DNA of 64,000 nucleotides, from positions 70,741,601 to 70,805,600 of the forward strand of contig NC_068985.1 of assembly GCF_001194135.2 (NCBI RefSeq), in the 5' to 3' direction. Positions within the stretch are counted from its first letter, which is position 1. The number at the start of each line of letters is the position of its first letter. Below, piece after piece: positions 49,238-62,473 of the stretch. The notes under the pieces are model-generated. The model saw nothing but the letters and a program-made list of their open reading frames with translations, was not told where the DNA came from and did no database searches. The position numbers and the translations under genes were made by a program. Origin of the DNA: Octopus bimaculoides (taxonomy: Eukaryota).

Positions 49238-52200
49238 CTTAATAAAAACACTTGTAAGCGTTGCACCAGCCCGGCAGTGATCCAAACACTGAATTTCTAA
49301 AAGAATATACGGTTGTCTCTATTTGTACACATGCGTACTCCATATTACATTATAAATATACATGCATATATGCTTGTGCATGTGTGCGTGTGTATGCTCG
49401 TTATTATACGGGAACATTCTTGTGAATACACATGTGTGCCTTCAAATAGAATTTTATTTCTTTCTCTCCTGGTACATCGTCTTCCCTTTCTTTCTCTCTT
49501 ATATAATTTCTTTCATTCATTCTTCTTTCATTTATGTAATAATTTATTTAGTGTATTCTTTTATTCCTAATTATTCACAGCTATTTTTTTTCTATCTCTT
49601 CTCTCTGTAATTCATCGCTTCTCTCTGTAATTCATCTCATCTTGTGTAGCACCCATATTTTAACCAACTTCTTCACACATTTCTGTTCAGTTTTTCACCT
49701 CTGTTTCCTCTATAACCTTACTCTCTTTGTTCATTGCATTTATCCATTCATGCGACGCTCTGCCTTATTTTTCAAGGCCTTTTTTTCTTTCTTCTTCTCC
49801 TCCTTTGCTCTTTTTAGTTTCCTCTCTTTCATCTTTCACACTTACTCTCTTTTTTCTCCTTTCTCTACTTTTTTTCTATCTCGCTTAATGACACCACCCC
49901 CCACTACATTTCCTTAGTCTCATTTCTCGTCTTTCCATTTCTCATTCTCCATGTACGCATGTATATACACATATATATATATATATATATATATANNNNN
50001 NNNNNNNNNNNNNNNNNNNNNNNNNNNNNNNNNNNNNNNNNNNNNNNNNNNNNNNNNNNNNNNNNNNNNNNNNNNNNNNNNNNNNNNNNNNNNNNNNNNN
50101 NNNNNNNNNNNNNNNNNNNNNNNNNNNNNNNNNNNNNNNNNNNNNNNNNNNNNNNNNNNNNNNNNNNNNNNNNNNNNNNNNNNNNNNNNNNNNNNNNNNN
50201 NNNNNNNNNNNNNNNNNNNNNNNNNNNNNNNNNNNNNNNNNNNNNNNNNNNNNNNNNNNNNNNNNNNNNNNNNNNNNNNNNNNNNNNNNNNNNNNNNNNN
50301 NNNNNNNNNNNNNNNNNNNNNNNNNNNNNNNNNNNNNNNNNNNNNNNNNNNNNNNNNNNNNNNNNNNNNNNNNNNNNNNNNNNNNNNNNNNNNNNNNNNN
50401 NNNNNNNNNNNNNNNNNNNNNNNNNNNNNNNNNNNNNNNNNNNNNNNNNNNNNNNNNNNNNNNNNNNNNNNNNNNNNNNNNNNNNNNNNNNNNNNNNNNN
50501 NNNNNNNNNNNNNNNNNNNNNNNNNNNNNNNNNNNNNNNNNNNNNNNNNNNNNNNNNNNNNNNNNNNNNNNNNNNNNNNNNNNNNNNNNNNNNNNNNNNN
50601 NNNNNNNNNNNNNNNNNNNNNNNNNNNNNNNNNNNNNNNNNNNNNNNNNNNNNNNNNNNNNNNNNNNNNNNNNNNNNNNNNNNNNNNNNNNNNNNNNNNN
50701 NNNNNNNNNNNNNNNNNNNNNNNNNNNNNNNNNNNNNNNNNNNNNNNNNNNNNNNNNNNNNNNNNNNNNNNNNNNNNNNNNNNNNNNNNNNNNNNNNNNN
50801 NNNNNNNNNNNNNNNNNNNNNNNNNNNNNNNNNNNNNNNNNNNNNNNNNNNNNNNNNNNNNNNNNNNNNNNNNNNNNNNNNNNNNNNNNNNNNNNNNNNN
50901 NNNNNNNNNNNNNNNNNNNNNNNNNNNNNNNNNNNNNNNNNNNNNNNNNNNNNNNNNNNNNNNNNNNNNNNNNNNNNNNNNACATACACACACACGCACA
51001 CGTTTTCTCCCTCTCTCAGTACTGAACTACCCTTATCTCTCATTCTCTCTCTCTCTCTCTCTCTCTTTCTTTACTCCTTCCCTTACTCTTTCTCCCTCTC
51101 TCTCTCCCTCCCGTTTTCCGTTACCTCTTCACTCCATTTATCCTTCCTCTTTATCCTTCATTATACGTCTCTTATCTCCCTTTAGATCTTTTCATCTTTT
51201 ACACTTTCTTCCTCTTTCTCTCTATTACTACCTTCCCTCTTCATATTACTTCCACCCATCCTTTTTTCGCTCCCCCCTCTCTTTTCCAAACGTTTCCTCT
51301 CCATATCCTTACTCTCTTTTTCTCCTTGCTCTTCTTTACACTTCTCTTATCTACGTTCTTTCCTTCAAGTTATTCATTTCCCTCTCTAACCAGAATGCGG
51401 TGCGATCTTAACATAATTTGGGTCAGTATATGTCGGTCTGTACATGCGTATATATGAGTATAAGGATGGAATACATATGCGTATATTTCATTGGGTATGT
51501 GCGTGTCAGTTTGTAGGAAGGGGATTTACGATCTTTCCGTCAGTATGTCGTAGCGTTCCAAGTATGTCTGCGTACGTCAGTAATTGTGTGTATGAGTATG
51601 TATGAAGAATGTGTAAGTTTCTGCGTATCTGTCTGTGGAGGTTGTGTAATTACCCGTTGTAAATACTTTGTTCTGTAGTCGTGCATATGTGTGCGTGTGT
51701 GAGAGATTGTGTGTGTGTGTGTGTGTGTGGTAAGAGGATTTTCCTCTGCTTATGCTGTACAAATGTTTGTATATGTGTATATATTTGTATTTATGTCTAA
51801 ATGTGTACGAAAATAGTTTAATGAAATGCTATATGGCTGCGTCATCTGTAGTATGTGCATGTGTGTATGTTAATGTGTATCAATCTACATGTGCACTTTA
51901 TGTCTATATGTACGTCTTTCGTATATGTATATGAGTGCGTGCGTTTGTTTGTGTATGCACGTTGTGATACGATTTTGTATGTGTGTGTGTATTGCGTCTG
52001 AATGTCTATGTGTATGTATATTTTAACACGATTGTCTCTGTGTGAGTATGTGCATCAAGAGTGTATATCAATGTGCCTGCATCTGTATGTGTGCATTTCC
52101 ATGTCTGTATATGTGTATTTATGTATGCTGTAAGAGATTTTTTGTGCGTTGGCAGAGTGCATGTGTTTGTCTATGCGTCTCTGTCACGCCGTGTGTGTAA

Positions 52201-53289
52201 GTGTGTGTGTGTGTGTGTGTGTGTGTGCTCGTGTATATGTTGATGTATGTGTGCATGAATGTGGTAGGAGTATTCACAAACTACAAAATCAAATTGTTAA
52301 CCTTGATATTGTTACATATTTCAAGAGATAACAATCGAAATGTTAGAATGTCTCTCGCAGACAACATGGTTTCTTTATTTTATTTTTCATTTCTTTTATC
52401 TTCTTTATGCGTTGTTATTATTATTACTTTAGTTTTTTTTCTTCTTTTTTTATGTTATCAGTAGCTACTGCCACGAAATTAGTTCACAACAGCAGGACTC
52501 CTAGATTAATAAGATTACAACATCCTCTAAGGAATATTACAACAATAACAACAACAACATCAATAACCACATCAACAACAACAACGACATCTAAAGCAGT
52601 GTGTATAGATCTCCAGCAACGACAACAAAAAAAAGCTTTGATCTTAACTTTAAATTATATAGATCTTACATCTTTAAACCGTTATAGATATATGACTACG
52701 ACGTCATAGTTGTCATCAAGGATATATATCGGATCGTGAATGCTTGCAGGCTTATAAGAAAGCCGCATATAATTGCTCCGCCATGTTGTTTATTCCCGTA
52801 TGTTTCATCTAGAATTACTTTTAAATATTTCACCAGATATCACACTGGTTCGGAAGGTGCTACGAAGGTCGTAGGACAGCGTATTTTCTCCCGACAAGAC
52901 CTACAAGAAAGGAAGTTTTAAAGATGCTTGTACACACAATGATCAACTCTTCGGATTCTTGGTTTCATCAAACAAGAGTGTTTTAATTTTGCGATAGTTT
53001 GCGTTATGTTATAAAAAAAAAAACTTAAGTAGTGAATTATACTTTTGTTGTGAAGAAAAGAAATTTAAAATATTCGAGCAGAATCCTTTGTCATAGAAAG
53101 AAGAAATGTTTAAATGAGTTGATATTTCAGCTCTTTGCTCGAATGTTAGGTTTGTCTTTCTCCTCTCAGCATAAAAAAATATTCCAGTGTTTGAAATAAT
53201 TTCGGTTACTTTTTTATAAGGCTGATTCAGTTTTGTTGTATTTTAAGTTAGCACGCGTACGTAGAAGAGACACGAAGTATGCAGCTCCC

Positions 53290-53336
53290 CGACAACATCG
53301 CAATCGTCGTCATTGTCATCATCATCATCATCATCG

Positions 53337-53368
<32 letters not shown>

Positions 53369-53563
53369 GTCACCACCACCATCACCACCACCACCACCAC
53401 AACTATCATCACCATCACCACCAGGCCACCGCAACAAACTCTACAGTCACTACCACCACCNNNNNNNNNNNNNNNNNNNNNNNNNNNNNNNNNNNNNNNN
53501 NATCATCATCATCGTCATCATCATCACCACCATCATCACCACCACCACCACTACCACCACTAC

Positions 53564-53605
<42 letters not shown>

Positions 53606-53860
53606 GGTCGTCGTCGTCGTCATAGTCATCATCATTATATAACTACCATTATCCTCATCTCATCTCGAATGTTATCATCACCCTCATCGTCGTCATCATC
53701 ACTTTTAGCAGTAACAACAGCATTGCCACCACCAAACACCATCACCACTGCTACCGCCACCATCACCACTACCACCACCGCCGTCACCACCATCACCACT
53801 ACTGCCACTACCTCCACCATCGCCATCACAATCACCACCACCACTACCATCAACATTATC
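53290..53860. repeat. (CAT/CAC/CGT)n low-complexity tract around gap 53461-53501
   Basis: Triplet runs give poly-H, poly-S and poly-T ORFs in all frames. Confidence 0.9.
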
Positions 53861-54375
53861 TCCGTGTGTTTGCTTTACGAGTTACCACATACTCCAAAAT
53901 CAAATTGTTAGCATTGATTTTACTACATAACCCTTTATTTTCTCTGATTCTCAATTTCATACTGATATCTTTCCAACATTGAATATATCTACATTTAGTG
54001 ATGTTATGATTCATTGCTATATGCTGCTGTATCACAATCTCATATGGTACTATGTTATATTACAATATAAAGGTACGCATATGACAATATCACATGATGT
54101 TCTGTGTCAGTGTGTTACAATGTTAAATGATAGTCATATAAGCATCGCAACTATCCTCATATGACTGCTATCATTTTGTCGACTATATTTCCTCTTAGAT
54201 CGCAGACATGATACATAATTCAGAATATTTGTCGGCCAATTGCTGCCTTCATTATCAATCACAAGACGTATGAATGGCTTCTATGCAGACGCACGATCTG
54301 CTAGAATCAATACCCAAAACCTTCTTTACACAAAGTCTGCTACTCTTGAAAAAGAAGAAACCATTTATACTATAA

Positions 54376-54590
54376 TCTTTTCTATTATAGGCACAAGGTC
54401 TGAAATTTGTGGGGAGGAGACTAGCCGATTACATCGACCCTAGTTTTTTCACTGGTATTTAATCAATCAATCCAGAAAGGATAAAAGGTAAATTCGACCT
54501 CGGCAGAATTGGAACTCAGAACGTAGCGACAGGCATAATACCGCTAAGCATTTCGCCCGGCATACTAACAATTCTGCCAGCTCACTGACT
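54376..54590 (-). mobile_element. Full-length family-B SINE
   Basis: ataggcacaaggtctgaaattt..ccgattacatcgaccc..cgacctcggcagaatt..ccgctaagcatttcgcccgg..ttctgccagctc. Confidence 0.85.
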
Positions 54591-55266
54591 TCATCATTTA
54601 TGCTATAATATGGCGAGATGGTCACAGATCGAATGGCTTTGTCGTAGAACTTCTCAATGTGTAACAACGATATTACATGTTTTTTAAGAGGCAGACTGTT
54701 TATCTCTATTTATGTTATTTATGTTAAATTACAATTCTTTATTTAAATTACAATTCTTTAATTTATGTAATATAACAATTCTTTTAGTTAACTATGACTG
54801 CACTCGTTTTCCTTCATGTTCAATCATGTCTTATGCCTCACCTGAGCTAATCATCGATGATAGTGAACATTCTATCTTGTTATGTTAACTGAGATAGAAT
54901 TATATTCTGTCTAGTGAGAACTGTGTCTCACCTCAATTTAACGCTATGACACTAAAACTATAACAATGAACTTTCATTTTCGTAAAGAGCCCAATGATCT
55001 AAGAACTCATTTGTAACTTTGCTGGTAAAGCATATCTCATATCCAACGAACTATAACAAAATACTTTTTTCTGAAATCTGCAGTTTTCTAAATTTTTTAC
55101 TTTCTGAAATATTTGTCAAACACGGAACATAAAACAACGCTATATAACTTTATATTAGATTAACTCATATCATCATCATTACTGCCATGCAACGTTGTGT
55201 GCCATGAATATATAGTGCTATATGGTCTTGTCTCATACCTTCGAATTACAATATCATATGCGCTAT

Positions 55267-55534
55267 AAGGTGGCGAGTTGGCAGAATCGTTAACATGCCG
55301 GGCGAAATGCTTAGCGGTATTTCGTCTGTCTTTACGTTCTGAGTTCAAATTCCGCCGAGGTCGACTTTCGGTCCTTGTGCCTGCAGTTGAAAAGAATATC
55401 ATATGCGCTATTCGAGATGGTTGCATGCAATTCTTTCGGGGTCGATAAATTAAGCACCAGTTGCGCACTGGGGTCGATCTAATCAACTGGCACACTACCC
55501 CAAAATTTCGATCCTCGTGCCCACAGTAGAAAAG
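55267..55534 (+). mobile_element. Family-B SINE with TSD and an internal templated duplication
   Basis: Intact head (GAGTTCAAATTCC); flank motif AATATCATATGCGCTAT at 55250-55266 and 55395-55411, shortened copy at 55535-55548. Confidence 0.85.
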
Positions 55535-55822
55535 AATATATGCGCTATTCGTGATAGTCGCAATCCTAAGAACCGCATAGCATTGCCGTATCATATTGCC
55601 GATCATATCTTCATTTGCAATACCATTAAAGAATATCATATAACATGGGTTATAAGCGATTAAAAACTTTTCTTAGTGTTGTATGTATATAGTTTAGCTT
55701 ATGAATAGTAACTATTGTTAAGAAATAGATGTTAAGATTTTGTAGAGGATATATTTGATAGAAACGTGAGCACTCGTGAATCTGAAATCAAAATAAAGTT
55801 ACACGACATTACCATTTTGTTT

Positions 55823-55825
<3 letters not shown>

Positions 55826-55859
<34 letters not shown>

Positions 55860-56750
55860 TAATAATAATAATAATAATAATAATTTATGCTTTTATTAGC
55901 CAAAGGGTTCACATAAAATAACATTAAAAGACACGCAACAACATAATAGAGAAAAACCGGACGATACAATGGTTTTCCGCGTGTGAACAATATAAATAAC
56001 AATTAAAATTGAACAAATTAAAACTTTAAGGTCCTCATGGAAAACACCACAAAAGTCACGGATGCTTGATCAACAGAGCGAGAGACCTTCTCGTTTAATT
56101 CCCTTTTCACAGGTGCACGCTCAGAATTAGTCCTTTCACACTGGCCATTCTGCCCACATTCACCCACCTTTCAACAAACTTGCTACAAAGCAACACTTCC
56201 CTCTCCACCCTTAACTTTCTTTTCAAGTGAAACTTGAAAAAGTTGATGAGGGCTTGGCCAAAGCGGAAAGTGTTTGTCTTTAGCCCTTTCAAACGGGTCC
56301 ACCATACTACCTATTTCGTTACAGCCACCAGACAAATAAAAATTGCCTGCCCCTCCTGGCCAAAAGAGGGAAGCGGGGTAATCTTCACAATGGATTCATC
56401 TGATAGCCGGATTCGTTCTACACGTGACAGCAGTTGTTCGACATAAACACAGGTCAGCAATACTCGGGCACTGAACTAGGCCGTGCAGAACGGTTTCATC
56501 GTTCTGGGCGCACCTCGGGTAGGTCCAACTGACGACACTTCGGTTCCTGTAAAGTTTACCTCGAACAGGTAGCGCCCCTCGGTAGCACTGCTAGGCAAGT
56601 GAATTCTGGAAGTTATCCATAGGCCCAGGCCCGAAAGTTCTCCGAGATAGACCGGTTAGTTGATCCTCATCGACGCCCAGAGTTTCCCCAAGAACGTCGT
56701 CGTACTTTCCCTCCACTAGCGCTCTTTAGTGGACAAGGCTGAAAGACATG
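55826..56750 (-). mobile_element. Tx1/L1-clade LINE 3' end with zinc-knuckle remnant, 3' UTR and adjoining (TTA)n
   Basis: QCYRGALPVRGKLY..YPRCAQNDETVLHGLVQCP (first Cys lost), VVWWTRLKG, FFKFHLKRKLRVERE..FVERW. Confidence 0.85.
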
Positions 56751-56756
56751 AGGTCA

Positions 56757-57247
56757 GATACATTCCTCTTTGGTAGAGCTCTCATTGAATTCTTCAAATT
56801 TCACTTGAAATGAAAATTGAGAGTGGAGAGGGAAGCGCTGTCCTCGAGCAAGTTTATTGAAAGATAAGTGAAAGTTCCTAAAATAGCAAGAGTGGATGAT
56901 ACCTTCATCAATGTAGATCTGTAAGTCGGATAGAAGTAATTGCAAAGGGCACTTGCTCTTGATGTTCTGGGAAATTTCGGACAGTGGGGTTTCTCGATTA
57001 TCCCTCGAGGTCCTCCTTTATCAGGAGGGCTACATCTGTATTATCCTTCGCATCCCCCCCCTTTTTTTTGTATTTTGAAACCTTTGTATACTATGTATAT
57101 ATCCCTTCTTCTCAGTGTATACCGTGTATACTTATCCTTTTTATTTTATATTATCAATTATCATGTTATTATATTTAAACCCCCACACTTTATGTCTGTC
57201 GTTATATTGTCTTCGCCCTTGAGGCAAATAATTGAAATCACTATTTA
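56757..57247 (+). mobile_element. Second Tx1/L1-clade LINE 3' end
   Basis: DTFLFGRALIEFFKFHLK*KLRVEREALSSSKFIER*VKVPKIARV, paralogous to the minus copy but with a different 3' UTR; followed by (GAA)n. Confidence 0.8.
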
Positions 57248-57335
57248 GAAGAAGAAGAAGAAGAAGAAGAAGAAGAAGAAGAAGAAGAAGAAGAAGAAGA
57301 AGAAGAAGAAGAAGAAGAAGATGATGATGATGATG
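57248..57335. repeat. (GAA)n(GAT)n microsatellite
   Basis: Direct reading. Confidence 0.95.
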
Positions 57336-58140
57336 TTTGTTTTAACCTCGATCAGTTCTGACTGAGTATACCTATCACCAGACGAATTCGATCCTTGAAC
57401 ATCAGTTTGTGCTTGAGAAATGCACCATGCAATACGCACAGTATCACATTTTTCTTTGCATGTGCGTGCGTGTGGGGGTGTGTGTTAAGAGTAGTTTGAA
57501 GTAATTTTGACTGCCTCTTGTAAAAATTCGAATAAATATCAAGAAGAAACAATTTTTCAAAATATTATTAATAATTTCTAATGTTATCAGATGCCACATT
57601 ACTTGAGCGGTAAATATTACAGCAATCACAATAAGAGACATGCCATGACTGGTAGGATACAAATTCGCAAGACAGCAGAGTGAACTAAACACCGCAAGCC
57701 GTTTTGTCACCGCAGGATGCGAATTTAGAATATAGAGACATCAAAGTTACTAATCTAAAAGTAATTTAGCCCAAAGCTCAACTGTTTCTGCCAGGCACAA
57801 GTTTCAATAAACAGTATGTGTTTATAGATTCACTAAAATGGTGTCAAGAGTTGTCGTTGTCGTTTCGCCACAGGTGAGCATGATCAAGTAGAACATTGAT
57901 GGAAAGCATTCCATTCGTTAACATTCAGTCTTTTTCTCAGACACGTTGTATCATAGACCGCGTTATACGATCTGTTCAAAGATTTTTTTAACACAGCATG
58001 TGAGTTAAGGGAGTTTTGGCTCGCATTTCTAGCAATCATAGGTTCAAAGAAAATACTTCACTGGAGTGTCCTTCATATACATATATACAGTAGAGTCTCA
58101 CATATGTGATATAAGGAATTGATAAACATCGATTGTTTTT

Positions 58141-58372
58141 TTTTCTTTACTTTTACTTGTTTCAGTCATTGGACTACGGTCATGATGGGGCACCACCATG
58201 GAGAATTTTGTAGCCGAATGAATCGACGCTAGTACAAATATTTTAAGCCTGGTACTTATTCTATCGGTCTCCTTTGCCGAACCACTAGCTAACTGGGACG
58301 TAAACACACCAAAACCGGTTGTCAAGCGGTGGAGGGATACAAACAGACGCAAAGACACACACATAGGTGGGT

Positions 58373-58427
<55 letters not shown>

Positions 58428-58841
58428 NNNNNNNNNNGACGGGGTTCTTTAGGTTTCTATTTACCAAATCCACTCACAAGGTTTTAGTTGGCTCGTGGCT
58501 ATAAAATAGAAGACACCTTCCCACGGTGCCACGCAGTGGGAATCAACCCGGAAACATGTGGTTGAGGAGCAAGTTTCTTATTTCTTTATTGCCCACAAGG
58601 GGCTAAACATAGAGGGGACAAAGAAGGACAGACAAAGGGATTAAGTCGATTACATCGACCTCAGTGGGTAACTGGTACTTAATTTATCGACTCCGAAAGG
58701 ATGAAAGGCAAAGTTGACCTCGGCGGAATTTGAACTCAGAACGTAGCGGCAGACGAAATAGCGTTAAGCATTTCGCCCGGCGTGCTAACGTTTCTGCCAG
58801 CTCACCACCCTCTTACCACACAGCCACGACACGCCACGCCT
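58141..58841 (-). mobile_element. Family-A SINE interrupted near its head by a family-B SINE
   Basis: Family-A sequence stops at gcaagtttctta (58580) and resumes at ccacacagccac (58816). Confidence 0.85.
58581..58811 (-). mobile_element. Well-preserved full-length family-B SINE nested in family A
   Basis: Complete head to tail, with a distinct tail variant (CCCCTTGTGGGCAATAAAGAAATAAGAAA on minus); short (T)CTTA duplication. Confidence 0.9.
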
Positions 58842-59973
58842 ATGCCTGATTAAGGTTATCCATGCAATTAGTGGAAGAAGGGTCACCCTCTGAATGTATT
58901 TAAGATTTCAAATAATTAATTAAGAACAATAACTTCAGTGAATTGTGTTTTCCTTGGTTGGTTAGAATGAGAACAGTTGAAGTATACATAAAAATAGAGA
59001 AAAAGGAATGACACTGATAGTGAATATTAACAATAGAACTGAGAAAAATACCCCAGGAGTGTAGTTATGTATACTATATGCACATACGGCTGAATCTCAC
59101 ACAATGTAGTGAGCTGAAAATATTATATCAACTAATATCATTATTTCTAGCAAATCGAGATACCACCTAGGGGTTCCCTATGTGCTGCGTCTAATCAACC
59201 GTACAATCATAGTTGTCTTTTTCTATTTAGCTTCTTTTCCACTCACACAGAGCACAGCCATGAGCGAAGGCGTTTCTAGCAATATATATATATATATAAT
59301 GTATGCCTAGGACTTTATTTTCTAATGTATCTTTTTACTTTTCTCATTAACATTCTAAAGTAAGATCTGACAAAGATTTGCCTGCTACTTCCAGCATGCT
59401 GAGCGAATCAGGTAGGTTTTCTCAAGTAGCCTGGTCATGTGAATGGTATAATGACATGGAAATATATCAATAGCATAGCTGCAAGGTAGTTTTGGATTGG
59501 TAAATTGGTGATCACTGGAGATGACATGATATATGTCTTTAAACATAGCATTATAATGTATCGATTGTTACTAGCTCAATGCATCCCTACTTCCTTCAAG
59601 GATTTCTAGTTCACTCTTCATCACAAGCATAATTGTAGCATGAAAATATGGCATGTCATTAAGTACTAGTTGTCAACGAATAGTTCCAGAAATATGACAC
59701 TCAACTCTCAGCTTACATGAACAACTCACCGGAATGTCTATCGAATATATGTGGTGGGGACGGGGGTGTCTGTGTATACCTAAATGTATACATATATATA
59801 CATATTTATATATCATATACGTATATATGCATGTATGTAAATATATGTGCAAATATACATGTATCTGTATATATATATATATATATGTAAACGTGTATCT
59901 ATAACTTATTTAGTAGTTTTTATATATTTATATATATAAGAATATAGTATTTATAGGTGCATGTGTGTGTATG

Positions 59974-60015
<42 letters not shown>

Positions 60016-60849
60016 TATATGAATGTATATATGTGTGTGCGTGTGTGTGTGTTTGTGTGTGTGTGTATGTATGTATGTATGTATGTATGTATGTATATAT
60101 GTATGTATGTGTATGCATGTGTGTGTGTGTGCGTGTTTACATACGTATGTATGCATGTATGTATAATACAAAGCTGAACGGCACCGATTTTCCTGCAACT
60201 GATTATCCGGTTTCTTTAATCAGTATAAATTACGTTGGTGAACTCGAAATTCCCGTCACTGCCAGTGTAGTTTATTACATGACCAGTTGTTTCTGTGCAT
60301 GCCATGTGTTTATCTGCACCACCTACGCAGCAATTGTTTGTGTAATACCAAAACTTCGAGAGATCCTCTCCTTATTTAACTGTATGTTAACCTTAGCTAT
60401 GAGTACTACTGTTAATGCAACTAAGAGTGTCTGTGGCAGAAACTTTAAAATTATTTTATATAGAACCTGTACAAAAAAGAACTGTTGAGAAAACCCGGAA
60501 TGGGAGATGTTGCCGAATTATTATTAGAGGAGAATGTTTCGCCCGGAAAAATGGTTAATCCGTCAAGGCCGGATATTCGGTGGTGTAAATGTATATAATT
60601 TTCCAATAGAGTTTCAAAAGTCAGAAGAAAACAGTGTTTTGTATATTAGATAATAAAATGGTTGTATTATTTATACCATATTATAAATTTTATTTCATTG
60701 TCTCTTATGAAAACGAGTCAATAATATTGTGTGGATGATGCATGCATGGATACACACATCTACACATGTATGTATGTATACATGTTTGAATGTTTGCACG
60801 TATGTATGTGTGTGCATGTGTATATGTATAAGTTAGATTATAGCTAGAC

Positions 60850-60995
60850 GCTCAATAAATTCACTTCGCAGCCAAAAGGTCCCAGATTTGATCTCACTGC
60901 ATAGCTTTTGGGGCAAGTGTTATTTCCTATATCTTCAGGTCAACCCATATCTTGTCAATGAAATTGGATAGATGAAATTACACAGAATGCCATCA
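60850..60995 (+). mobile_element. Degraded family-A SINE head
   Basis: cacttcgcagccaaaaggtcccagatttgatctcactgc..gggcaagtgttatttcctat. Confidence 0.45.
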
Positions 60996-61087
60996 GGTAG
61001 ATTGTACAAGTAATTCAAATGTTACAGACATGCCATACACTATGCCATGCTAGTTCTTCCTGAAATTTTCGTTAAGAATGCACAAGT

Positions 61088-61185
61088 CTATGGAATGCGC
61101 GACTGCTTTCTACTTAACTCCGAGAGCAGTTACTTCAGTTGATCTAACCAACTGAAATCTCATCGTCGAAAACAACGGAGATCCA
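61088..61185 (+). mobile_element. Degraded family-D SINE 3' tail
   Basis: gagagcagttacttcagttgatctaaccaactgaaatctcatcgtcgaaaacaacggag resembles 22606-22665. Confidence 0.5.
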
Positions 61186-61294
61186 TTCACCCCTTGAAAT
61201 AGATAATTGTGTGTGTGTTCGGGCTTCCGTGTGTATGAATACATATGCAATGAGGCATGTTACTGTTCACAACTTTTAAAATATTGTTCATCCA

Positions 61295-61510
61295 AAAGCA
61301 ATGAGCTGGCAGAATCGTTAGCACGCCGGGCAAAATGCTTAGCGGCATTTCGTCCGTCTTTACGTTCAGAGTTCAAATTCCGCTCAGGTCGACTTTACCT
61401 TTTATCATTTCGGGGTCGAAAAAAAAAGTAACAGCTGAATGCTAGAGTCCATGTAATCGACTTACTCCTCTCCAAAATTGCTGGGCTTGTACCAAAATTT
61501 GAAATCAATA
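61295..61510 (+). mobile_element. Full-length family-B SINE
   Basis: gagctggcagaatcgttagcacgccgggcaaaatgcttagcggcatttcgtccg..gagttcaaattcc..cggggtcgaaaa..gtaatcgactt. Confidence 0.85.
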
Positions 61511-62473
61511 TATTGTACATCCAGTCTACTACTTTATCAAATCTGGATTAAAATCTCATTTTAGTAGCTGTTTACACTTAAAAGATTACATACTGTGGCG
61601 AACGTAGTTGGCTCAAGGGATTTTATTAAATGTAAGTTTCATAAACTGGACACTAAATTTTTAGATATTAATGTTTTGAACAGGAACATTCATACAGCAT
61701 TGTGCTCCGTCTCTTTCTTTCTCTCTTCTCTCTCCCTTTCTCTCTCTCGCACACACATACACATACACACGCACATATACACACACACACACACTGTACG
61801 CATGTGTGAGTTTATGTATGTGTATCGTATGCGAGTGTATGTGAGTGAGTGTTTTGGAGCGTGTTCGCGTATATGTAAGAATACATATGAAAATGCGTAT
61901 GAGTATGGAGTGTTGCGTGGAGATAGGCGAATACATACAGAACATAGACATGCATACTCAAACACAGACAGACGAACAGACAGACAGACAGACAGATAAA
62001 CTCACAAATGCATACGTTACACGAACAGAAATTGACATGCACACGTGAAAATGCAAATAATATGCTAACCAATTTTATATTTGATACCCATGATTTTCAT
62101 ATTGTGTCATACAATGATAAGGATATGGGTAAACAGATATTAGTTATACAGAGTAGGTAGTTGTAAGTTTGGTTTTATTACTGAATATTACCAAATGTTT
62201 GAATATGCAATTCTATTACTATTCGAAGTTACTAGAATGTGAAAAGAAATTTTAGGAAAATTCCGCAAACTAAATCTAGAAATATATGAATATAGCACTG
62301 TTTGCAAAATGAATACGAAACTCGAGTAGTTTTATACATTATACATACATACATACATACATACATACATACCTCGAAATGAGGAGTAGATGGACAGCTG
62401 ACAACGGATGAAGGGTCGTTCTTTATGTTACTTGTGTTGTATGTATGTATATATGCATAATAATATATATATA

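Noticed and set aside
37621-51411. Very long ORFs of 170-486 aa in the track
   Set aside because: Composed of X from N-gaps plus (TA)n, (TATG)n or (CA)n repeats.
53233-53911. Poly-His/Ser/Thr ORFs
   Set aside because: Triplet low-complexity tract open in all frames.
59730-59779. 50-nt minus-strand exon candidate with CCG|GTGAGT donor
   Set aside because: The acceptor lies in a microsatellite with no polypyrimidine tract.
60490-60655. Possible Helitron 5' end (A|TCTAATATACAAAAC on the minus strand)
   Set aside because: Only a TC start; no linked 3' hairpin-CTRR or second copy.
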